Position numbers and translations under genes: made by a program. Shown in pieces: positions 11,872 to 23,127 of a DNA stretch of 26,502 nucleotides. The notes under the pieces are model-generated. The model searched no databases and was not told the origin of the DNA. It saw only the letters and a list, made by a program, of their open reading frames with translations. The stretch is from Octopus sinensis (Eukaryota). The stretch is taken from the NCBI RefSeq assembly GCF_006345805.1, contig NW_021834756.1, positions 1-26,502 on the forward strand, written 5' to 3'. Within the stretch, counting starts at the first letter, position 1. Each line of letters begins with the position of its first letter.

Positions 11872-12031
11872 GTGCTAGTCCCAGCTGGCGGGGGTGATTG
11901 CCTCCCCTTTGCAAATATAAGGACACAGAAAATGTGTCAAAGCCGACAGGAAACGTCAATGTTTCCTATGGCTAAATGGCGGTAGTGTAATTCCCTTACG
12001 GGACTGTCACATTGAGTTGACAGTATACGAC

Positions 12032-12080
<49 letters not shown>

Positions 12081-12174
12081 TGTCATCAATAATTTAGATT
12101 CAAATAAATATGGTACTTAATTTAGATGCACCAGAATTCTGTATGGTGTTATCCATAAAAATCCGTGGGGTGAT

Positions 12175-12231
12175 TAATCAAATAAGCAACAAGTGTGACT
12201 CCGGAGTCATTCTTATTGCTTATTTTGATTA
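12175..12231. repeat. Near-perfect 57-bp palindrome
   Basis: taatcaaataagcaa...TGACTCCGGAGTCA...ttgcttattttgatta; spacerless centre at 12202/12203. Confidence 0.85.
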
Positions 12232-12496
12232 TACATCATATATATATATATATATATAATTATATATATATATATATATTTAAATTATAAAAAACACCTT
12301 TATCAATTCAATAAGGCAAAGTTAAATTATACCATTTAGAATATTAGATCTTATAGAAAGATTAAATATAAGATAAAACATATAACAATAATTAAGTAAT
12401 GTGCAAAATATAGATAAAACGTGTATATTTGGTATGTATTTGGTTCTAAATGTATAATTTAATTTATCATTATTGAAATAAAATGTGTTTCTTTTC

Positions 12497-13577
<1,081 letters not shown>

Positions 13578-13730
13578 CAAACATAAATACAAATAATAAT
13601 ACGGACACTGATGAATAGCGTCAAATGCCTGAAATAAACGTCAAGTGGCTCTAACAACTACATTATTTACGATATTGGCACGGACTAAATGCGAGGGAAG
13701 TAAACAAAAATGATTTTTTAAAAGGGTTTA

Positions 13731-13787
13731 ACCATAGATCGATTTCTAGTTTGGAGATTTATCTCCTTTTACCATCATCAGTATGGT
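13731..13787 (-). ncRNA. Minimal type I hammerhead motif
   Basis: Minus strand: ACCATA-CTGATGA-tggt aaaa ggaga taaa tctcc aa acta-GAAA-tcga-TC-TATGGT. Perfect 6-bp stem I, palindromic stem III AUCGAU, AUC cleavage triplet. Confidence 0.85.
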
Positions 13788-14124
13788 GCAACAAATGAAA
13801 GACAAGATGGAATATACGAGAATTTATTATTAAATCATGACAATGGTTTCGACACATCTAGCATCGATACCTCTTGGGTGGGACACTCAACAACTGGTTC
13901 AGGAGCATCCGGTGGTGCAGATGTATCTCGTCGGGTGATAAATGAATGAATACAACTCGTTGAAAGGACTATACCTCAATGTAACTTGCCGTTTTGTAGA
14001 GAGAAAAACTGCCGGACGGAGGAAATATCTTCATTTATGTAGATCAAAAATAAAATTGCAGATGACAAAAAGAGAAACGAACGCGTAATCCAGCGAGAAA
14101 TGTATATGCACGCACACCCACACC

Positions 14125-14170
<46 letters not shown>

Positions 14171-14298
14171 TACACATATATATATATATATATAGATAGA
14201 TACATATATACATACATATATATACATACAGACGTATATACATATATATATATATATGTATATATGTGATGGATGTATGCATGTGTATATATATATAT

Positions 14299-14860
14299 GC
14301 CGGGGAGGTAAACCCAAGTGCGGGTCCTCCTACCGGCACCAAAAGCCATGGACATGGAGATGAAAGAACCAAAAAAGGAGGAAAAACTAAAACTAAAACT
14401 CAGGCAAAACCAAAAAACGAAACAGCCAAGGATAGAAGCAAACCTAACTATCCATATGCCAAAAAGGATGGAAACAAGCAGCGCACACGGGTATGTAGGT
14501 TCTACCTGAGAGGTGCCTGCCGGCATGGAGAGGAAGGTGCAGGCTGCCGTTTTGCACATCCGGGACCCTGCCGCAGAAACCAACCACCGAAAGGGAAAGG
14601 GATGGACCACGCACCACCTGCCCCAAAACGGAGGTACGCAGATGTGGTGCGTGCCACAAACCGCCAACGTGTTGTTGAAAGGGCAGCTGCTGAACAAGAA
14701 TCTTTTTTGTGCATGGCACAAAAGATTGTACAGCAGCTAACCTGGCTCCATCAAACTCAACTCGCAGATGGGACTACCACAGTTCACAAGACACCACAGC
14801 AAATAGACCCCAGGTGGACACCACTGGCAACAGCATACACCTCACCTCGATGCTCTACTG
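14299..14860 (+). pseudogene. LINE ORF1 remnant with a CCCH zinc finger (C-x7-C-x8-C-x3-H at 14494-14559)
   Basis: CRFYLRGACRHGEEGAGCRFAHP preceded by a Lys-rich basic tract. The true start codon is not identifiable. Confidence 0.7.
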
Positions 14861-17531
14861 ACATCAGAGGACTACTAACACACAGTAACAGGACAAAATC
14901 CCGTTCTTGAGAGACTTTGTTGCATGCAATCAAGCCTTATGCATAGCACTTACGGAAACACACATGAAACCGGACATAGCGGATGCGGAATTACACATAC
15001 CACAGTATGTTGTACTACGGACCGACAGAAAAGAAAGGAATCATGGAGGAGTTGCTATGTACATCCGTGAGGACCTCACACCCCAGGTCCTTTTCATACT
15101 CAAACACGGTGTGTGACACACTAATTGTACATGTAAGGCAACTTGGTGTAGTTTTGTGTGTGCTACATATCGCCCTCCAGATCCCCAAGCCATATGGGCA
15201 AGTTTGAAGACTGCCTTATAAAATAGAAGTTCTAGTCACACTAGAACAGCACATAAGTTGTACTTCTCATGGGAGACTTCAACCTACCCAATGTCAGATG
15301 GCCCGAGGCCCTTTCTCTCCCAGGAATGACACGATGTGAACGGGGACAGGCGAGGTCCCTCCTGAACCTCATCAACACAACACCTGTACATGGAGCAAGT
15401 AATACTCCAACCAACCAGGGCAGGTAACACACTGGATCTCTGCTTCACAAACAATATGGATCTCATCCATAATGTGAAAGTGACACCGACACTGCTCTCG
15501 GATCACAACATGGTAGAGCTGACCATGTACGGGCCAAAGGAAAGCATGGACATGCAGCCTACAAGAAACTCTCAGAATCTTTTCCAGCTTGAACTTCAAT
15601 AAGGCAAACTGGAAACAAATTGAGAAAGAGATCCTCAAACAAACTGGCCTGAATGTCTCTCCTCGCCGACATCGACATGAAACTTCAACAATTCATGTCT
15701 GTAATGCAAGCCATATGCTACAAATGGGTCCCAGAGAGAAAGGCCCTGTACACAAGAACAAAATCCCCAGAGAGAGGAAAATTTTAATGAGACGGCGTAC
15801 AAAAATTTCAAATCGCCTAAACAAACAAATTGAAAGCAGTCAAAAGTCCGCCTGAAAATAAAACTGTTGGAAATTGAAAAATGTCTGCAACTCTCCCATG
15901 AAAAGGAAAGAGCAGACAAAGAAGCCTGGGCTATAGACAACATAAAAACAACCCCAGAGCTTTCTACAGGTATGCCAAAGAAACAGCTACGGTGCACTGT
16001 AGGATAGGGCCACTCCTTGAAAAGGATGGCACACTCACAGAAAACCAATGAGGGTAAGTGAAATACTGAATGAGCAATTCAAGAGTGTTTTCACTCCACC
16101 CCTTGGCATTTCCAAATCACCAATCCAACTGACTTCTTTACTACTGCAGATAAAATCAGAGGCGGCGACGATGATTAACATCGATATAAAGGAAGACGAT
16201 GTAATAAAGGCTATAGATGAAATGAAAACAGACTCAGCTATTGGCCCAGATGGATTCCCGGCAATCCTCCTAAAAGTATGTAAGAGAGTCCTAGCAAGAC
16301 CACTGCAGTCCTCTTTCAGAGCTTCCTTGCAGCTGGCAACTTCCAGAAACTGAAGGAAGGTAAAATATCCCTATTCATAAGGAGGTAGCAGAGCGGAGGC
16401 CAAAACTACAGACCTATCTCTCTCACCTCACACATCAGCAAGGTCATGGAACGAATAGTTAGAAGGAACTAATCACCTTCCTGAAGAAAATGACTTGCTG
16501 CCTGACACCCACATGGTTTCCGACCAGAAGAAGCTGCTTAACTCAGCTCCTGCAGCACTATGACTGGGTGCTGAAACAACTGCTCAACCACTCAAATGTG
16601 GAAGTCATATATCTCGACTTTGCAAAGGCCTTTGATAAAGTCGATCATGGAATGATATGTCACAAACTGCGTGATCTTGGCATAGTTGGAAAATTGGGAG
16701 AATGGCTTCGTGACTTTCTGAAGAATAGAAGTCAGGTGGTAGCAGCCACTTCCATTAACACGCAAATAGTGAGCGGTATTCCGCAGGGCACTGTTTTGGG
16801 ACCACTACTGTTCATAATGGCCCTCTCAGACATGCCCTCAGCCACGCAGAAAGCCACGATCACAAGTTATGCAGATGATACAAAAGTTTCACAGGCAATA
16901 CAGAACCCTGAGGACACTAAGCACCTGCAATGTGAGCTAGACGAAATATACAAGTGGGCTGAAAAGAATATCATGCAGTTCAATGCTGAAAAGTTTCAAG
17001 CTTTATACTATCAGCATGCAAAACTGAATGCAATACCCAATGAATACACTGGACCCGGAGGGATTGCAATCCCAGAGGCACAATCAGTGCGTAACCTGGG
17101 TATTCACATGAGTGATGACGCGACCTTTCATGTACATGTTGCTAAACTGGCAATAAAATGTAGACGGCTGGCTGGATGGATTCTTAGAACATTTAGAACA
17201 AGAGAACAAGAAACCATGATGGTCCTCTGGACGACACTTGTCCTAAGCCACTTTGACTACTGCTCACAGCTATGGTCACCATCCAGTGTCAAGTTGATCA
17301 CAGAACTTGAGGCGATCCAACGAAGCTACACGAAGAAGATAGCTCTTCAATATCCTCCCGAAGAACCTGAGGGACCTGCATGGTGTAGATGCGGATGTCT
17401 TTAAAGTAGGACTGGATCGCTTCCTGTCAGGTGTCCCGGATGAACCAACTTCACGGCAGGAGGTGCAGATGAGGGCAGCTGCATCGAACTCTCTCATGAA
17501 TCAGATGGCGTTTGCTAAAAAGCATCCGTGA
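14850..17531 (+). pseudogene. LINE ORF2 (AP endonuclease plus reverse transcriptase), multiply frameshifted
   Basis: Collinear ORF-track pieces 14907-15116, 15390-15602, 16048-16353 and 16490-17404; terminal ..AKKHP* at 17531. Confidence 0.9.
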
Positions 17532-17622
17532 GGTAAAATCGTGTAGCAAACCAAATGGCGGTGCCCCAGCATGGCCACAGATCATTAGCTGAAACTGGAA
17601 AAATCAAAATCAAAATCAAATC

Positions 17623-17869
17623 ATATGAAAAAAGAGTGGAAAAACTGCATCTATTGCAGATTACATTCCCAGAATACAGACTGATACCCTTTAGTGAGCA
17701 TATTGAGAAATGCGCAATGCAACGACTACCACAATTTATAATCTTCCCATTTTATCAATGTGCCATTGGAACACCAACACAAGTTAGATTAAAGAAGGAA
17801 ACATTCTTCATTGAAAAATATAAGCCAAAACTTTCTTACATTTTTAAATACGGAAACTCACCTCATTGA
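17623..17869 (+). mobile_element. Penelope-like element fragment: C-terminus of a GIY-YIG endonuclease
   Basis: HLLQITFPEYRLIPFSEHIEKC..FIIFPFYQ..RLKKETFFIEKYKPKL matches from memory the PLE GIY-YIG C-terminal pattern (H..QI..PEYR.IP.SEH..C..F.I.PFY..R..KE..FI..KP.LN). The putative 3' UTR continues to (TA)n at 18269. Confidence 0.8.
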
Positions 17870-18266
17870 AAAAAAATATAAAGCAAAATCTAACCATTTT
17901 AAATATTCTATTCCTTTTAAACCAAATCATGTTTAAATTAGTCATTCCCAACATGTTTGATTATCTCTCTTATACCGGAAAACATCCCTGATCACCTTCC
18001 CCTGCCTGGAACTCCATATTTCACAACATAGCGAAAACATGACACGATATAGGTAAAGAACTTTGAGAAATTTGAAAAGAAATTACGAAACCGGTTATTT
18101 CTGCAAAAACTATGTTACTATACGCAAAATGATATACCATTTGTCTAACATAACGAATTAAATATATTCTTTAACCATATAACACAAGCCTTCTATAGAT
18201 TTTTATTCTTTTTTGTCTTTTATACATCCAACCACGTGCTTTCACATAACCAACTCTCTCTCATAC

Positions 18267-18268
<2 letters not shown>

Positions 18269-18302
<34 letters not shown>

Positions 18303-18668
18303 CATATAATATATATATACATACATATATAATACATACATATATATATATAATACATATATAGATATATATACATACAATATATATATATTCGACATAC
18401 ATATATATAATATATACATACATATATATTATACATACATATATTATATATATATACATAACAGATATATATAATGTATATATATATATGTATATAGTAT
18501 ATATATATATTAGTGTCTATAATGTATATATATGTATATATATATGTATATATATATATATGTAATAATATATATATGTATATATATATATATATATATG
18601 TACTATATATATATGCAATATATATATGTATATATATATGTATATATATGATGTATATATATATATGT

Positions 18669-18708
<40 letters not shown>

Positions 18709-18884
18709 TATACATACATATATATAATACATACATATATATATATACATCATATATATAATACATACATATATATATACATATATATATATATACATAA
18801 ATATATATATACATATATATATATACATATATATATACATATATATAATATACTATATATTATACTTATATATAATATACATAG

Positions 18885-18915
<31 letters not shown>

Positions 18916-18942
18916 CATATATATATACATACATACATATAT

Positions 18943-18974
<32 letters not shown>

Positions 18975-19103
18975 CATACATAATATATATACATACATAT
19001 ATATATACATACATATATATATATACATACATATATATATACATACATATAATATACATACATATATATATACAAACATAATATATACATACATACATAT
19101 ATA

Positions 19104-19151
<48 letters not shown>
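18269..19151. repeat. Degenerate (TA)n/(TACA)n microsatellite block
   Basis: Direct inspection. Confidence 0.97.
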
Positions 19152-19155
<4 letters not shown>

Positions 19156-19280
19156 TAATCCAAACAAGAAAACACAGAAAAAAGAAGAGAAAAAAAGAAA
19201 AAAAAGAGAAAAAAACACAGCAACGCGAGGACGTGGAACAATTAAAGTATTATTGATGCTCAGGAAAGAAGGGGAGGAGG

Positions 19281-19315
19281 GTTTAACGTTTCGAGCGGAG
19301 TTCTTCGTCGGAAAC
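19281..19315 (-). ncRNA. Variant minimal hammerhead motif (U4 to C core) in a short repeat at about 19152-19362
   Basis: Minus strand: GTTT-CCGACGA-A-gaac tcc gctc-GAAA-CGT-T-AAAC. Stem I GUUU/AAAC, palindromic AACGUU. Confidence 0.6.
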
Positions 19316-20360
19316 TAGGAGAAGGAAAGATCCCAAGAAGGGAAGACAGAGGAAAAAATATTTTTGCTGTTGGTGCTCTGTGCCCGTGTGTGGAATATAT
19401 AGAAATGACTTTAATTTTTGATAATTTGTATCGAGTTTTAATTCTATACTTCGTTGTCGTATTTTGCGTTATTACGTTTGCATATACTTATATTGTAATA
19501 CAGATACACAACTAAGTTGGATTTTAATTGTTTTGTATAGTACATTATGCTTTTGACACAGTGTCCTTTCATCCAAGCAGGTTACTATTGTAGTCTGCTT
19601 AACCGAATAAAGCTTTTATTAGCATTAAAAAGATGTCTTTTACAAAAATTAGATTAAATTATTTCTTTCTCTTCGTCAGGGAAACACTATTGTTCCCGGG
19701 TTAGTTGTCACCTATTCTTTTGATTCTTGTATGAGCTATTTTTCTGGAACCAGGAGTCAATTCTTCTGTAGGTCAAAGTGTTCAGTTATCGAATATTATA
19801 GCCGGTTGCCTACAGCATCTCTCTACTGAGACATATTGACACAACTCTCAGTTGAGAGATTTTACTGTGGCTGTCAGTCAACACTTTTATGATGCGTGTC
19901 AGCTATGAGTTTTACTATATTTTTATGAGGATCAGCGTTAGGTTGTACATATCAGCCGTAAACTCTGAGTGTTTCTTTATTTTTTTTTCTTTTCAATTTT
20001 TGCCTTGTGTTTGATACAGCCTTGACACTCTGTCGGTGATAAATGAGGACTAAAAGGTCAGCAAGAACAGAAAACAATATCAAAAGTGTCCCTTACCTTG
20101 CTTGCAGAATATTAGATGCAGTTCCTTCCAAGTCACTTTACCACTTTGCATAACTGAAAATGTATCTTCGCCAGAAAGTTTCACAACACGCTGTACAAAT
20201 ATATCAGGTGACTAATTCAGGTTCTAGAATAAGGCTGATCACGAATATTGTCCAAGAGTTATCTGAAGTTTAAATACATCGTTAGAATTCCTCATTTTCA
20301 TAGCACGTGTTGTAAATACCATGCAAGACGGGAGAAAATATATTCTCTTTTTTTCACTAT

Positions 20361-21355
20361 ATAATAATATCAAATCAGTGGAGGCGCAATGGCCCAGTGG
20401 TTAGGGCAACGGACTCGCGGTCATAGGAACGCGGTTTCGATTCCCAGACCGGGCGTTGTGAGTGTTTATTGAGCGAAAACACCTAAAACTCCACGAGGCT
20501 CCGGCAGGAGATGGTGGTGATCCCTGCTGTACTCTTTCACACACAACTTTCTCTCTCTCTTCTTTCTCCTGTTTCTGTTGTACCTGTATTTCAAAGGGCC
20601 GGCCTTGTCACTCTCTGTGTCACGCTGAATATCCCCGAGAACTACGTTAAGGGTACACGTGTCTGTGGAGTGCTCAGCCACTTACACGTTAATTTCACGA
20701 GCAGGCTGTTCCGTTGATTCGGATCAACCGGAACCCTCGTCGTCGTAACCGACGGAGTGCTTCCAACAAAAAGATATCAAATCATATTCATTTTAAATAT
20801 TCTATGATTAGCAGTAACAATATCTAGATAAAACTATATTTTACACAAATATATAAACATTACAGGTATTTCAACGCTATCATTATCAAGTATCCTCATT
20901 TGAAACATCTTTTCCAAAAATCATAAAAACTGTGAAGGGTATAACGTTTATTCGTTCATTATTTCACATCTGAATTTCTGTATACTTCTTAATTAAACAG
21001 CCATTATGTGCTACAAATTGGACAGTCCTTTTTTATGAATTAGAAATATATCCAATTCTTATGGAAAGTAATTTCGAGATTTAAAGAACCCAAAAACTAG
21101 TGATTATAAATTTAGAAACAAATTTTAATGTGACTGAAATTTTAATTACATTTGGACTCAGAATACACACAGCCAAAGCAGATTCTGCAAAGCAATCCAT
21201 CGAACGCTTCAGCATAATTCCGACAATCCATCCCTCTTGACGGGTACATTTTATTATTAATATCGAATTGATGAAAGCTAAATTTGACTTCAGAGACATT
21301 TGAAATCAGAGAATCAAGACTTTTAACAAATACCACGAAACATTCTATTCAACAC
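20361..21355 (+). repeat. Arm 1 of a recent inverted duplication (partner 23375-23962)
   Basis: After removing the SINE and one TSD, this is the reverse complement of 23375-23962 with about 9 substitutions counted by eye. Confidence 0.93.
20378..20773 (+). mobile_element. tRNA-derived SINE family A, copy 2
   Basis: Same head, body and tail as 6694-7085. 11-bp TSD ATATCAAATCA at 20367-20377 and 20774-20784. Confidence 0.92.
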
Positions 21356-21552
21356 GAAAATGAATCTTTCGTATCACTGTTTAAATGTGATTCCATATTA
21401 AATGTTGTTAGATACTATGTTATATTGTATAAGTATACACATATACGTGTATGCTATAACGTTTATCATTGTGCTGGAATGTCAACAAGAGTAATTAAAC
21501 CAATTATTAATGAAGGATGTTCATTAATGAAGAATCTGTGTTAATATCCTCC

Positions 21553-21882
21553 AAACATTTTCTTCAGCTGCATTTTCACAAGATATGTAACAAGATATGT
21601 AACACTTCACCCAACAAGAACTCACTACTTGAACAAAACTTGACTTAAACATTTTCTTCAGCTGCTTTTTCACAAGATATGTAACAAGATATGTAACACT
21701 TCACCCAACAAGAACTCACTACTTGAACAAAACTTGACTTAAACATTTTCTTCAGCTGCTTTTTCACAAGATATGTAACAAGATATGTGACACTTCACCC
21801 AACAAGAACTCACTACTTGAACAAAACTTGATACAACTCACCCAACAAGAACTCACTACTTGAACAAAACTTGACTTAAACA
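21553..21882. repeat. 94-bp minisatellite, 3 units plus a partial unit
   Basis: Unit starts at 21553, 21647 and 21741. Each unit contains an internal 12-bp tandem (ACAAGATATGTA)2. Confidence 0.97.
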
Positions 21883-22029
21883 GGATTCGAATAATTCTAT
21901 CAGGTGGTGCTATTAAGTTAGACATGGCCTGGACCAATCTTTGGTCGAAACATATCTAAGTTTATCTAAGTTTATCACCGACGACAAATGATAGAAAAAA
22001 TCATGTTTAAAAGGAAACGTATTTTATCA

Positions 22030-22327
22030 TAATTGCCTACTCTACTACGAATTCAGTTAGTTTTAACATTAATTGTAAACTGTGATAAATAATTGTGAGT
22101 TATAATTTACATGCTTATGTTATAATAATGTTTTCACTGCACCGGAATGTCAACGATAGTAATAAAACAAATGAATAACGATAAATTCTTTCTTAACATC
22201 CTCGAATTGCCAAAACGAATGTATGCCTATAGGAATGTTTCAAAGCATGTAAATTATAACTCACAACTATTTCTCAGTTTACAATTAATGTTAAAACTAA
22301 CTGAATTCGTAATACAGTAAACAATTA
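22030..22327. repeat. Inverted repeat (cores 22046-22116 and 22243-22311) around a ~125-bp spacer
   Basis: tacgaattcagttagttttaacattaattgtaaactg... and its reverse complement differ at only a few positions. A looser match extends about 15 bp outward. Confidence 0.9.
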
Positions 22328-22740
22328 TTTCTTTACTGCCCACAAGGGGCTAAACATAAAGGGGACAAACAAGGACAGACAAAGGGATTAAGTCGATTAC
22401 ATCGACCCCAGTGCGTAACTGTCACTTAATTTATCGATCCCGAAAGTATGAAAGGCAAAGTCGACCTCAGCAGAATTTGAACTCAGAACGTAGCGGCAGA
22501 CGAAATACCTATTTCTTTACTACCCACAAGGGGCTAAACATGAGGGGACAAACAAGGACAGACAAAGGGATTAAGTCGATTACATCGACCCCAGTGCGTA
22601 ACTGGTACTTATTTAATCGACCCCGAAAGGATGAAAGGCAAAGCCGACCTCGGCGGAATTTGAACTCAGAACGTAACGGCAGACGAAATACCGCTAAGCA
22701 TTTCGCCCGGCGTGCTAACGTTTCTGCCAGCTCGCCACCT
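22326..22740 (-). mobile_element. tRNA-derived SINE family B with an internal ~184-bp tandem duplication
   Basis: Head aggtggcgagctggcagaaacgttagc and B box GAGTTCAAATT. 22326-22509 and 22510-22692 are tandem near-copies of the B box, body and tail. Confidence 0.88.
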
Positions 22741-22744
22741 TTAC

Positions 22745-22878
22745 AGTAAAAAATTATGACAAAATACGTTTCCTACGCTCTTCTACAGAAACGGACACAG
22801 AAAAAATCAAGGAGAGAAACAAGGAGAGAAACAAGGAGAGAAAAAAATGTGTGTAGTGGTAACGACTATCATGGCGAC
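22745..22878 (-). mobile_element. Inverted, partly deleted copy of the short hammerhead-variant repeat
   Basis: Minus strand ttt CTGTAGA A GAGC GTAG [gctc missing] GAAA CGT A at 22762-22791. The upstream pyrimidine tract is homologous to 23080-23130. Confidence 0.65.
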
Positions 22879-22907
22879 TTTATATATATAATATTATGTA
22901 TAATATA

Positions 22908-22953
<46 letters not shown>

Positions 22954-22974
22954 ATATATATTATATATGTATAT

Positions 22975-23019
<45 letters not shown>

Positions 23020-23127
23020 CATATATATATATATACATATATATATATCATATATATGTTTTGATTCGTTAGCTACTGCACGCATTTTTTTTCTCTCCTT
23101 CTTTCTGTGTTTTTCTCTCTCTGTGTA

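Larger units (their letters stand above)
14298..17622 (+). mobile_element. Near-full-length CR1/L2-group LINE, copy 1 (decayed)
   Basis: ORF1 with a CCCH finger; APE motifs IRGL, ALTETH, GGVAMY, MGDFN, DLCF and SDHNM; RT motifs GPDG, YLDFAKAFDKVDH, GIPQGTVLGP and YADD; 3' tail plus (AAAATC)n. Internal deletion of about 250 bp near 17340 relative to copy 2. Confidence 0.92.

Noticed and set aside
13603-13650. CTGATGA...GAAA..GTC on the plus strand resembling a hammerhead
   Set aside because: Stem I (ggaca versus aagtgg) and stem II do not pair. At best a heavily decayed copy, so it is not counted.
13800-14100. [13 protein letters not shown] on the minus strand resembling the LINE RT motif LFLIYIND
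   Set aside because: No flanking QG or YADD motifs; likely coincidence within the PLE-like sequence upstream of the 13731 hammerhead.
14266-14910. Apparent in-frame fusion of ORF1 with the endonuclease start (..STDIRGLL..)
   Set aside because: An ATG at 14850 in another frame plus 1-2 small indels explains it equally well. This copy is full of frameshifts, so the fusion cannot be supported.
19660-19690. CTGACGA on the minus strand
   Set aside because: No compatible stems or cleavage triplet; chance 7-mer.
19970-20060. Strong plus-strand polypyrimidine acceptor (..gatacag) with a short downstream segment
   Set aside because: All three frames hit a stop within 37 nt and the donor (gtcagc) is weak. 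It could only be a terminal exon and has no support.
20780-21355. Long frames broken mainly by TGA, suggesting a NUMT or Mycoplasma-code gene
   Set aside because: TAA stops also occur in frame and no mitochondrial protein motif is recognisable.
21553-21882. 94-bp tandem repeat as a CRISPR array or tandem hammerhead (CTGAAGA..GAAA on the minus strand)
   Set aside because: No unique spacers and a eukaryotic context; no stem III, NUH site or stem I around the CUGAAGA/GAAA strings.
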